From NCBI GenBank assembly GCA_963751275.1, contig CAVVTZ010000012.1, forward strand, positions 32,001-96,000: a stretch of 64,000 bases of DNA, in the 5' to 3' direction. This DNA comes from an uncultured Gemmatimonadaceae bacterium (GTDB lineage: Bacteria; Gemmatimonadota; Gemmatimonadetes; Gemmatimonadales; Gemmatimonadaceae). A program made the position numbers and the translations under genes. A model generated the notes under the pieces. It was not told the origin of the DNA. It searched no databases and saw only the letters and a list, made by a program, of their open reading frames with translations. Below are positions 10,752 to 20,710 of the stretch, piece after piece (position 1 is the first letter of the stretch; each line of letters begins with the position of its first letter).

Positions 10752-11858
10752 TCAAATGCGCTCCACGCGCATCACCTGATCGCCGGCGAGCAGCCGCGCC
10801 CCGGGGCGGAGGAGACGCTCGCCGCGCGCTGCGACCGCCACGCCGTTGCGGCTGCCGAGGTCCTCGATGGTGAACGCGCCGTCGGCCGCGCGGATCTCCG
10901 CGTGGCGCGCGCTCATCGTCTGGTCGTGCGCGAAGGTCCAGTCGCCCGTGTCGCGGCCGAGCGTGACCGTACCGCGGTCGGCGAGGTGGTACACGTTGCG
11001 CACCGATCCGTCGGAACGCAGCTGGAGCAGCTGGCCGGCCTCGCCGGCCGGGACGAGCGATCCAATGCGCCGCGTGCCCTGCGCGTCGGTGCCGGCGTCG
11101 CCGCGCGCCGGGGCGCGGCGGAACTGGATGAGCTGCGAGCCGATGAGCAGCACGTCCTCGTCCTGCAGCGCGTAAGGCTCGTCGATGAAGAGCCACGTGT
11201 GATTCGCGGAATCCAGATCGCGCACGTAGAGCGCGCCGTCGCGCAGGCTGAACTCGGCGTGGCGCGGAGAGAGATACTCGTCGCCGGGGAAGGCAATGTC
11301 GCACTCGCCGCGGCCCACCGTCATCGTCGCACGGTCGAGCTCCACGACCTGTTTCGGTTCACCGGCTTCGTCGAGCACCAGCAGGCGCGCCGTGATGTCG
11401 CGCCGCTTCGCCGAGAAGACGAGCGTCTTCTTGGGCGTGCCGGGCTTCTTCTCGGGCTGCGCCACCGGCGTGCCGCACGACGCGCAGAATGCGTCGAACT
11501 CGGGGCGGATCGTGTTGCCGCAGGTGGGGCAGGCGGCCGCGGGCGTGAGCGTGGCATCCGTGCGGCGGCCGCAGTGCGGGCAGAAGGGCAGCCCGCTCTC
11601 GATCACATTCGAGCACCAGCCGCAGGTGATCACGGCGCCGGGCGCGTTGTGACGGGTCGGGTTGACGATCGAGATCGCGGGCTGCGCGCCGGTCTGCCGG
11701 CGGACGCTCGGACTCGGACGGCGGTGCGCGGGGATGCGCGGACCGCGCTCGGCCGAAACAGCGCTTGGCGCCGGTGCGTTGGCGAGCGGCTTGCCGCAGT
11801 CGACGCAGAAGCGCGCGTCGTATGCGTTCGTCTGGCCACAGAAACCACAGGGATTCAA
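10752..11858 (-). CDS. Double-zinc-ribbon + tandem FHA domain protein
   Basis: Six CxxC motifs forming three ribbons; two FHA motifs (GR..SPRHA..SANHT and GR..SARHA..SRNG). Confidence 0.88.
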   Translation of the reverse strand: MNPCGFCGQTNAYDARFCVDCGKPLANAPAPSAVSAERGPRIPAHRRPSPSVRRQTGAQPAISIVNPTRHNAPGAVITCGWCSNVIESGLPFCPHCGRRTDATLTPAAACPTCGNTIRPEFDAFCASCGTPVAQPEKKPGTPKKTLVFSAKRRDITARLLVLDEAGEPKQVVELDRATMTVGRGECDIAFPGDEYLSPRHAEFSLRDGALYVRDLDSANHTWLFIDEPYALQDEDVLLIGSQLIQFRRAPARGDAGTDAQGTRRIGSLVPAGEAGQLLQLRSDGSVRNVYHLADRGTVTLGRDTGDWTFAHDQTMSARHAEIRAADGAFTIEDLGSRNGVAVAARGERLLRPGARLLAGDQVMRVERI

Positions 11859-11999
11859 GCGGATGCCTCGAGGGGTGACCGAATAAGACGCCTAAGGATG
11901 CGGCGAGGTCAACAGTATCGTCAACCAACCGTAAGACGGAAAATGACTTATATCACATCCGCCTCCCCCGCGGTCATGCCCGGTGCTAGTTTCCCCGCC

Positions 12000-13934
12000 A
12001 TGCGATTCCTGAATCCTGTCGCGGCCGTCGGGGCCGCGTGCCTCCTGGGCGCTTGTGCGAGCGCTGGAAAGCCTGCCGTGGAGGCGCCCGGCGGGGGACG
12101 GGCCCCGGTGGCCGGCGCGGCCAACGGTGCGGCCAAGGGAGCGGCACCCGCATTGCCGCCCATTCCCGAAGTGGACGGCAAGCTCGTGTTGAAGGTGGTG
12201 TATCCCACCCCCGAGCACGTCATCGAGTCGCGCGATTCGAACTTCGTGATGGGCTCGGTGGGGAACGGCCATGCGACGCTCACGATCAACGGCACGCCGG
12301 TGCCGGTCGCTCCGAACGGCGCGTTCCTCGCATTCCTGCCATTGCCGCCGCGCGAGACGTCGCGGTACGATCTGGTCGCGAGCGTGGGCGCGGACACGGC
12401 GAGCCTCGCCTATGCGGTGAAGCTGCCGCCGCCCGCGGTGCATTTCGAACCGGTGGGCCCGCTGACGTACGACAGCGCGAGCGTGATTCCCGCGCCCACC
12501 GCGCGCCTCGCGCTCCGCGACGACGGAATGGTGCGCGTCTCGATCCGCGCGCCGTCGAACGCCGCGGTCGTTTGGCGCGGCGATGCCGGTGCGGTCGCGC
12601 CGCTGGTGAACGGCACGGCACCGGTCGGCGCGCGGCTGTTCGGCACCGCGGGCCCTGCGGCGCCCACCTGGCGCGTGCCCGGCGATCCCGAGCAGTTCGC
12701 GATCGATCTGCCGGCGAAGATGCTGCGGGCGCGCACCGAACTCCTGGTCCTGCGCGGTGACGACACCGTGCACGTGCTCCTCGGGAGCGTGGCGCCCGCG
12801 CCGGCGCCGGGCACGCTCGTGGTGCTCGGCGCCGACACGTCGAGCGTGAGCGACACCGACCGCACCGTGATCGGACGGCCGTTGCCGGCGGGGACGTACA
12901 AATGGTTCCTCTTCCCGGGCACCGTGGTGCCGGTCACCGGGTGGAACGGCGACTTCGCGCGGATCCGCCTCGATGCATCGCTGGAGATCTGGGTGAGCGC
13001 CTCGGAGGCGCGGCTCCTGCCGCCGGGCTCCCCCGCGCCGCACCGGGTGACGGGCCAGGCGCGTCTCGTGCCGGCGCCCGGATGGGTGGACTTCGTGGTG
13101 CCCACCGGCGCGCGGCCGGCCTTCTTCGTGGAAGAAAGCGCCCGCGAGCTGACCCTCACGCTCTACGACACGCAGCTCAGCACCGATCTCATCCATTACG
13201 GCGAGAACGATTCGCTCGTGCGTATCGCGCAGTGGACGCCGGACGCGAGCGACCGCGGCCACTTCACGCTGCGGCTCGCGTCGGCGCCGTATGGATACCT
13301 CGTGATGTGGGACAAGGACCGGAACTCGGTCGTGCTGCGCGTGCGGCGGCCGCCGGTGGTGGATCCGGCCGCGCCGCTGAGGGGCATGGTGATCGCGGTG
13401 GATCCGGGCCACCCGCCCATCGGCGCGACGGGCCCCACTGGCCTCTATGAGCCGGTGCCCACGCTGGCGATCGGCTTCGAAGTGAAACGGCTCCTCGAAG
13501 CGGACGGCGCCACGGTGTTCATGACGCGCACGACCGCGGATCCGGTCGCGCTCAACGACCGGCCGATGATGATCCGCCGGTCGAACGCCAACGCGGCGGT
13601 CTCGATCCACTTGAATGCGCTGCCCGACGGCGTGAATCCGTTCATCTCGAACGGCACCGGCGCGTATTATTTCTGGCCGCAGTCGATCCCGCTCGCGCGC
13701 GATCTGCAGGTGGGCATGGTGAACCGGCTGGGACTCAAGAACCTCGGCATCAACTATGACAACCTCGCGCTCGCGCGCCCGACGTGGATGCCGAGCGTGC
13801 TGTGCGAGGGCGCGTTCCTCATGTTGCCCGATCAGGAGTGGGCGCTGCGCACGCCGGAATTCCAGACGGCCTACGCGCGCGGCGTGGTGGATGGCCTGGA
13901 GCAGTACTTCCGCTCGCTCGCGACCGCGAAATGA
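12000..13934 (+). CDS. Lipoprotein N-acetylmuramoyl-L-alanine amidase (Amidase_3)
   Basis: Lipobox LGAC; C-terminal VDPGH...E...VSIHLNA...SVLCEG. Confidence 0.88.
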   Translation: MRFLNPVAAVGAACLLGACASAGKPAVEAPGGGRAPVAGAANGAAKGAAPALPPIPEVDGKLVLKVVYPTPEHVIESRDSNFVMGSVGNGHATLTINGTPVPVAPNGAFLAFLPLPPRETSRYDLVASVGADTASLAYAVKLPPPAVHFEPVGPLTYDSASVIPAPTARLALRDDGMVRVSIRAPSNAAVVWRGDAGAVAPLVNGTAPVGARLFGTAGPAAPTWRVPGDPEQFAIDLPAKMLRARTELLVLRGDDTVHVLLGSVAPAPAPGTLVVLGADTSSVSDTDRTVIGRPLPAGTYKWFLFPGTVVPVTGWNGDFARIRLDASLEIWVSASEARLLPPGSPAPHRVTGQARLVPAPGWVDFVVPTGARPAFFVEESARELTLTLYDTQLSTDLIHYGENDSLVRIAQWTPDASDRGHFTLRLASAPYGYLVMWDKDRNSVVLRVRRPPVVDPAAPLRGMVIAVDPGHPPIGATGPTGLYEPVPTLAIGFEVKRLLEADGATVFMTRTTADPVALNDRPMMIRRSNANAAVSIHLNALPDGVNPFISNGTGAYYFWPQSIPLARDLQVGMVNRLGLKNLGINYDNLALARPTWMPSVLCEGAFLMLPDQEWALRTPEFQTAYARGVVDGLEQYFRSLATAK

Positions 13935-16825
13935 AGGTGGGAAGGGCGCCCGTCGCGGCGCTGTGTCTCGCCATGCTCCTCATGGCGGCGGTGGCGCACG
14001 CCGCCGCGCAGGCCGTGCCGCCCAACGGCGACTGGCGCACGATCACCACCGCGCATTTCCGCGTGCATTTCCTTCCGCCGGTGGAGAGCGCCGCGCGGCG
14101 CGCTGCCGCGCAGGCGGAGATCGCGTACGCGAAGCTCGCGGCGCACCTGCACCGGCCGCGCGGCGTCGTGGATCTCGTGATCGCCGACAACGTCGACTTC
14201 TCGAACGGCTTCACGACCGTCTTCCCGACCAACCGCATCACGATCTACGCGCTGCCCGGACTCGACGATCCATCGCTCGAGTTCTACGACAGCTGGTTCG
14301 AGCAGATCACGACGCACGAGCTGACGCACGCCTTCCAGCTCGACCGCACGGCGGGATGGTGGGCGGTGGGGCAGGACATCCTGGGCCGCGCGCCGCTCCT
14401 CTTCCCGAACACCTACGAGCCGGCATGGATGACGGAGGGGCTGGCCGTGTACTACGAGAGCGCGCTCACCAATGCCGGCCGCGTGAACGGCACGATCTCG
14501 TCCATGGTCGTGCGTTCCACCGCGCAGAAGAACGCATTGCCGTACTGGGACACGTGGAGCCTCGCGACCACGATCTACCCGTATGGGGACATCCCGTACG
14601 ACTACGGCTCGGAGTTCCTCGACTATCTCGCCGCGAAACACGGCGAGCCGGCACTGGGTGATTTCGTCGAGCGCGCGAGCCGGCGTCCCATTCCCTTCAC
14701 CTACAACGGCGCGGCGAACGGTGCGTTCGGCATTTCGTACGCCGACGCGTGGAAGCAGTGGCGCGATTCTCTGGCTGAATCGGTGCGCGGACTCCCGCCC
14801 GCCGCTTCGCCCATGGCCGGGTGGCACGACCTCACGCGCGCGGGATTCTACGCGCTGCGCCCGCGCTGGGCGGACGACGGGTCGCTCCTGTATCTCGGCA
14901 ACCTCGGCAAGAGCTTCACCGCGGCGTACGCGCTCGACACCACCGGCGCGCGCCGCAGCGAGGGGCGCCGCAACAGCGGCGACACGCAGGTGCCGCTCTC
15001 GAACGGGGGGATCCTCTACGCGCAGCTCGAGTACACCGATCCCTACCACGTGCGCTCCGATCTGTACGAGCAACTCGGCGGCCGGAAGACCAAGCTCACG
15101 CACGGCGCGCGCCTCGCGCAGCCCGACGCGCGGGGCGATGGTGCCATCATTGCCGTGCAGTACGCGACGGCGACCACCACGCTCGTGCGCGTGAGCGCCG
15201 ACGGCCGCGCCATCACGCCGCTCACCGGCGCCGCGGCGGACACCGAATGGGCCGAGCCGCGCTGGTCGCCAAGCGGCGCGCTCATCGCGGCCACGCGGTG
15301 GACGCGCGGCGCCTATGCGGATGTCGTGGTGATGGACACCACGGGACACATCGTGCGCGTCTTCTCGCACGACCGCGCCTTCGACGCGTCGCCGTCATGG
15401 AGCCCAGATGGGCGCGCGGTGCTGTTCACGTCGAACCGCACGGGCACGCAGGATGTGTACGTCGCGCTCGTGGAAGGGAGCGCGCCGCCGCGCCGCGTGG
15501 GGAACGCGAGCAGCGGGATGTTCTATCCGTCGCTCTCGGCCGATGGCCGAACGATCGCGGCGGTTCGCTATGACGCCGATGGCGATCACGTCGGCATCGC
15601 GCCCTTCGACACCACCGGCGCCGCGCCCGCCCCGCTCGACAGCAGCTTCCTTGCGCCGCCGTACGCCGCGGCGGTGAGCGACAGCTCGGCGTCCACGCCG
15701 TATTCGCCCTTCCCGGCGCTCTGGCCGCACTATTGGCTGCCCGCGATCGGCTTCAACACGCTCAACGGCGTCACCTTTGGCGCGTACACCGGCGGCAGCG
15801 ATGTCATCGGCCGCCATATCTACTATGTGCAGGCGCTGTTCGATCCCTGGCACTACCAGAACGTGTTCGACGCCGCGTACGCCTACGCCGGACTCGGCCA
15901 GCCGGTCATGACGCTCGAGGCGACACAGTATTGGGACCAGTTCAACGATCCCATCGGTCCATCGGGCGGGGAGCTCTTCCGGCGCACGCGGGTGCTGAAT
16001 CTCGCGGCGACGGTGCGGCGGCTGCGGGTGTATTCCACCGCGTTCGCCACGCTCTCCGCGGGGATCATGCAGAAGCACTACACGACCACGCCCGACTCAT
16101 TGCTCCCGCTGCTCCCGCCGTATTACTCGAGCGATCCGAATTTCTGGACCCTCGGCGCGAGCGCCGGCTACTCCAACGCGGCGACGCCGGCGACCGGCGT
16201 GTCGCCCGAGGATGGGATCAGTACCGTGGTCGCCTCGACCTTCCGGTGGCTGGACGGCGAGAGCGCACTCTGGTCGGAGAGCCTGCAGGGTTCGCTCAGC
16301 GGCTATCTCGCGCTCGGGCGCGGGAGCTTCGCGCATCCGGTGCTGCGCGCGCGGGTGGCGGTGGGCGCGACCGCGGGGAGCAATCCCAATCTGTTCGATC
16401 TGGGCGGTGTGAGCGGCGGCGGGGTGCTGCTCCTGCCCGGTGTGACGCTCGGTTCGCCGCGTTTCTTCCCCGTGCGCGGCTTCACCGCCGGCGTGGAATC
16501 GGGGGAGCGGATCGCGACGGGCACCGTCGAGCTCGTGCTGCCGCTCGCGGGCATTCACCATGGTTTCGGATTCTTCCCGATCTTCCTGGACCGGAGCAGC
16601 GTGACGCTCTTCAGCGACGCCGGCAGCACCTGGGCGCCCGGCGATCCCGGCGGCGCCAGCGCGCGACCCATCGCGTCGGCCGGTGCCGAGGTGACGATCT
16701 TCGTGGGCGTGCCGTATGATGCGGCCTACGCGCTCCGATTCGGTGTGGCGGCCCCCATCGAGAACAAGAGCGGACTCGCCACGCCCGCCGTGACGTTCTA
16801 CTTCACGCTTGGGATGGGCATTTGA
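13931..16825 (+). CDS. Secreted fusion: gluzincin-like metallopeptidase + TolB/PD40 beta-propeller + Omp85-like barrel
   Basis: Signal peptide; HELTH and EGLA motifs; PRWSPSG and PSWSPDG repeats; VRGF motif and an aromatic alternating C-terminus. Confidence 0.75.
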   Translation: MKVGRAPVAALCLAMLLMAAVAHAAAQAVPPNGDWRTITTAHFRVHFLPPVESAARRAAAQAEIAYAKLAAHLHRPRGVVDLVIADNVDFSNGFTTVFPTNRITIYALPGLDDPSLEFYDSWFEQITTHELTHAFQLDRTAGWWAVGQDILGRAPLLFPNTYEPAWMTEGLAVYYESALTNAGRVNGTISSMVVRSTAQKNALPYWDTWSLATTIYPYGDIPYDYGSEFLDYLAAKHGEPALGDFVERASRRPIPFTYNGAANGAFGISYADAWKQWRDSLAESVRGLPPAASPMAGWHDLTRAGFYALRPRWADDGSLLYLGNLGKSFTAAYALDTTGARRSEGRRNSGDTQVPLSNGGILYAQLEYTDPYHVRSDLYEQLGGRKTKLTHGARLAQPDARGDGAIIAVQYATATTTLVRVSADGRAITPLTGAAADTEWAEPRWSPSGALIAATRWTRGAYADVVVMDTTGHIVRVFSHDRAFDASPSWSPDGRAVLFTSNRTGTQDVYVALVEGSAPPRRVGNASSGMFYPSLSADGRTIAAVRYDADGDHVGIAPFDTTGAAPAPLDSSFLAPPYAAAVSDSSASTPYSPFPALWPHYWLPAIGFNTLNGVTFGAYTGGSDVIGRHIYYVQALFDPWHYQNVFDAAYAYAGLGQPVMTLEATQYWDQFNDPIGPSGGELFRRTRVLNLAATVRRLRVYSTAFATLSAGIMQKHYTTTPDSLLPLLPPYYSSDPNFWTLGASAGYSNAATPATGVSPEDGISTVVASTFRWLDGESALWSESLQGSLSGYLALGRGSFAHPVLRARVAVGATAGSNPNLFDLGGVSGGGVLLLPGVTLGSPRFFPVRGFTAGVESGERIATGTVELVLPLAGIHHGFGFFPIFLDRSSVTLFSDAGSTWAPGDPGGASARPIASAGAEVTIFVGVPYDAAYALRFGVAAPIENKSGLATPAVTFYFTLGMGI

Positions 16826-16839
16826 GCGGGTTCGCGCAC

Positions 16840-16958
16840 GAACAAACTGCTTTGACAGGATGACAGGATAACAGCTGATGAACAGGATGACGGCATCGGC
16901 GATGCCGTCATCCTGTTCATCAGCTGTTATCCTGTCATCCTGTCAAAGCAGTTTGTTC
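16840..16958. repeat. Perfect 59-bp-arm palindrome with 1-nt spacer (CTGCTTTGACAGGAT family)
   Basis: 16840-16898 is the exact reverse complement of 16900-16958. Confidence 0.97.
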
Positions 16959-17024
16959 TGAACCTGACCCGCCCAAGGATTTGACGTGTTTCCAAGCAAG
17001 CCAGCCCCGCGAACCAGTGGTTTT

Positions 17025-17092
17025 TGACCGAAAGGTCGGTCATGATTTCGTCGCTTCTCGGTACGAATATCTTTCATCGTTACATGTGTAAC
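17025..17092. promoter_or_regulatory. Candidate operator palindromes in the low-GC nrdJ upstream region
   Basis: TGACCGA-aagg-TCGGTCA (17025-17042) and GTTACA-tg-TGTAAC (17079-17092). Confidence 0.35.
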
Positions 17093-17373
17093 CTATTGTA
17101 ACCTTGTCATTTGTCCGGTAGTCGTTATTATGCGTTCCTCCGGCTTCGGCCGGGCTTTTCTGCGGCGCGCGCACCGAAGGGTGTACGGCGCCGCGGTGTC
17201 GTTCGAGGGTCTCCGGATCGGCAGTTTCCGCGGTAACGCGTTGCTGTCAAGTTGTTTACCGCCGTATTTGCGCGGATACACGAGCCGCTGTCAGCAGGAA
17301 TGCGGTTGTGCATCGCGCGTTGCCGTTCTAAGTCTCAAGTAGCATTCGCGTCATCTTCAAGGAGCGCTCCGAC

Positions 17374-19871
17374 ATGTCCCTGCCCGCCAAGCCCCCCGCC
17401 ATTCCCGCCTCGCTCAGCGACAACGCCCGGATCGTGCTCGAGAAGCGCTATCTGGTGAAGAACGAGAAGGGGAAGCCCGTCGAGACGCCTGAATCACTCT
17501 TCTGGCGTGTGGCGACCGTGGTCGCGGAGGCGGACGGCGAAGTACGGGGCCAGCGAGGGGGCGGTGGAGACCGTCGCCGAGGAATTCTACGCGCTCATGA
17601 CGCAGCGGCGCTTCGAGCCGAACTCGCCCACGCTCATGAACGCGGGCCGTCCGCTCGGACAGCTCTCGGCGTGCTTCGTGCTGCCCGTGGAGGATGCGCT
17701 GTCGAATGGCAGCACCGGCATCTACGACACGCTGCGCTCGATGGCGCTCATCCATCAGTCGGGCGGCGGCACGGGGTTCTCTTTTTCGCGTCTGCGCCCC
17801 AAGGGTTCCATGGTGCGCTCGACCACCGGCGTCGCGTCGGGGCCGATCTCCTTCATGAAGCTCTATGACGCGAGCACGGATGCGGTGAAGCAGGGCGGCA
17901 CGCGCCGCGGCGCGAACATGGGCATCCTGCGCGTGGATCATCCGGACATCCTGGACTTCATCACCTGCAAGGAAGACCTCACGCAGATCGTGAACTTCAA
18001 CATCTCGGTGGCGGTCACCGACATGTTCATGAAGGCGGTGCAGGTCGGGCGCGGAGTACGATCTCGTGGATCCGGTCAGCGAAGAAAGTGACGGGCACAG
18101 CTCGACGCGCGCACGGTCTGGAACAAAATGATCGACGGCGCGTGGCGCACCGGCGAGCCGGGCTGCTTCTTCATCGACGAAGCGAACCGCTACAACCCGG
18201 TGCCGCACCTCGGCACGTACGAGGCGACGAACCCGTGCGGCGAGCAGCCGCTGCTCGCGTACGATGTGTGCAATCTCGGCTCGGTGAACGTCGGGTACTA
18301 CGTGAAGGATGGCGCGCTGGATTGGGACGCGTTCCGCCGCGACATCCAGCTGTCCACGCACTTCCTCGACAACATCATCGACGTCAACAAGTATCCGCTC
18401 CCCGAGATCGACGATCTCTCCAAGCGGATCCGCCGCATCGGCCTGGGCCTCATGGGCTTCGCCGACCTGCTCGTGCGCCTCGGCATCCCGTACGATTCCG
18501 AGGAGGGCGTGGAGCTCGGCCGGAAGGTCATGGAGTTCCTCGACGTCGAGAGGAAGAAGGAGAGCGAGCGGCTCGCGAAGGAGCGCGGCGCCTTCCCCGA
18601 GTGGGAGCGCTCGATCTGGGGTCCCGATGAGACGTGCGCGCGCGACGCGATCGGGCAAGCGCATCCGCCCGATGCAGATGCTGCGCAACTGCAACGTGAC
18701 CACGATCGCGCCCACGGGCACGATCTCGATCATCGCCGGCTGCTCGTCGGGCCTCGAGCCGCTGTTCGCGGTGGCCTTCATGCGCAACCAGGCCGGCGCG
18801 ATGATGCCGGATGTGAACGAGGACTTCGTGGCGATCGCGAAGCGCGAGGGCTGGTTCAGCGACGCGCTCATGGTGAAGATCGCCAAGGAAGGGCACGTCG
18901 CGTTCGCCGAAGTGCCGGAGCACTGGCAGACGGTGTTCGTCACGGCGAACCAGATCGCGCCCGAGTGGCACATGCCGATGCAGGCGGCCTTCCAGAAGCA
19001 CTGCGACTCCGCGATCTCCAAGACGACGAACTTCGCGCACACGGCCACGGTGGATGACGTGCGCAAGATCTACGAGATGGCGTACGCGCTGAAGGCGAAG
19101 GGCGTCACGGTGTACCGCGACGGCTCGCGCGACAACCAGGTGCTGAGCACGGGCGCCACGGAGACGGCGAAGGCGGTGCGCGAAGGCGGCACGGACTCCA
19201 AGCGTGAGATCGGCGAGCTGGCCGGCGAACTCGCGGAGAAGAACGCGGACATCGAGCGTCTCAAGAAGGCGCTCTACGACGCGGAGGCGGAGAACCTCCA
19301 GCGCCGCGCCAAGCGCTCGCGTCCGGACAAGCTCCGCTCGACGTCGATCCGGAAGGAGACGCCGCTCGGCATCATGTTCGTGCACATCACCGAGGACGAC
19401 CGCGGGCAGCCCTTCGAGGTGTTCGTGACGCTCGGCAAGGCGGGCGGCAGCGCGATGGCCGACGCCGAAGCGGTGGGCCGCCTGATCTCGCTCGCGCTGC
19501 GCTCGGGGATCCCGCTGCCGGAGATCCACCGCCAGCTGCGCGGCATCAGTTCGGACCGCGCAGTGGGCTTGGGCCCGAACAAGGTGCTCTCGATGCCCGA
19601 CGCGATCGGCCTGGCGCTCGAGGAATGGTGGCGCGACAAGCAGGGCGTGCAGCAGGAGCTGCTCGCCGACGCGTCATCCAAGCCCGCCGGCACCGCCCCC
19701 GCGCGCGAGCAGGTCACCGCGAGCACACCGGGCGGCCCGCAGTCGCAACTGGCCTTCGACAAGCCGACGTCCGAGACCTTCATGGGCACGTGCCCCGACT
19801 GCGGCTCGCAGCTCGAGTACGCCGAGGGCTGCGTGAAATGCCACGTCTGCGGCTTCTCCGAATGCGGATGA
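17374..19871 (+). CDS. nrdJ: Class II (B12-dependent) ribonucleotide reductase with C-terminal TSCPD/zinc ribbon; about five frameshifts (~17533, 18045-18100, ~18655)
   Basis: [63 protein letters not shown]. Confidence 0.93.
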
Positions 19872-19957
19872 GTCCGTAGCGGGTCGCACGATCATCGAGC
19901 GGGCCAGGTGCAATGCACTTGGCCCGCTCTTTCATCAGAGCAGGGGAGTAGGAACAG

Positions 19958-20166
19958 CAACGGCTTCCACGCGGATCGCGCGGAATCCGCGGATGACGCG
20001 GACGGATGGCTCCGCGGGGCGGACGAGGCCGACGTGCGAGAATCACGCTGTTGTATTTGTTGTTAACAACAAGAATGCGATATCGAAGAACGCCCGATGG
20101 GCATTCCGTCCCGCGGAGCGAGCCGCGCAATCCGCGCAGTCCGCGTGATCCGCGTGGAAGCCGTTG
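19958..20166. repeat. Imperfect ~210-bp palindrome with 9-bp CGCGGAT periodicity and an AT-rich central palindrome, upstream of the GxxExxY gene
   Basis: caacggcttccacgcggatc ... gatccgcgtggaagccgttg; centre TTGTTGTTAACAACAA (20057-20072). Confidence 0.9.
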
Positions 20167-20250
20167 TCCTTGTCGTGTTGGTGGGGAATTCCAATGATTC
20201 AGGCGATCGGTCGATGATACGTCCTTGATTGCGCCATCCGATCATACAGA

Positions 20251-20664
20251 ATGCCAAGTGCCGATCTAGTCGAGGGGCCGCTCACGGGAAGCGTGATCGG
20301 GGCGTTCTACGAGGTGCACCGAACTCTCGGATTCGGATTCCTGGAGCAGATCTACGCGGAAGCGCTGACTCGGGAACTGATCGCGCGCGGGCATCGCGTC
20401 AGCCGCGAAGTCGGGGTGCCGGTCAAGTATAAGGGGGAGCAGTTGGCGCTCCAGCGCCTCGACATGGTCGTCGATGAGAAAGTCGTCGTCGAGGTCAAGG
20501 CCACGGAGGTGATGCACGCTCGCGCCGAAAGGCAGCTGCTCAACTACCTGCGAGCGAGCGACCTCGAGGTAGGGCTCCTGCTCCACTTCGGGCCGAAGGC
20601 GGTCTTTCGCCGGCTCGTATCGACTCACTCCCGGCGAGGTGCGCGCGGGGCCCATGACGCGTAA
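20251..20664 (+). CDS. GxxExxY protein (PD-(D/E)XK-like nuclease fold)
   Basis: LGFGFLEQIY, RLDMVVDEKVVVEVKA, QLLNYL, GLLLHFG. Confidence 0.92.
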   Translation: MPSADLVEGPLTGSVIGAFYEVHRTLGFGFLEQIYAEALTRELIARGHRVSREVGVPVKYKGEQLALQRLDMVVDEKVVVEVKATEVMHARAERQLLNYLRASDLEVGLLLHFGPKAVFRRLVSTHSRRGARGAHDA

Positions 20665-20710
20665 ATTGGGGGCGGTTCTCGTGGCGGTATCGACTTTGAA
20701 TGGAGGTCCT

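Noticed and set aside
16960..17373. Cobalamin riboswitch or small ORFs upstream of nrdJ
   Set aside because: No B12-box motifs seen; the short ORFs lack the genome's codon bias.
17374..19871. nrdJ, pyk, aldolase, cinA, ccdA and others as pseudogenes or programmed frameshifts
   Set aside because: Isolated 1-nt indels with intact motifs and no nonsense decay across many core genes fit long-read consensus error better.
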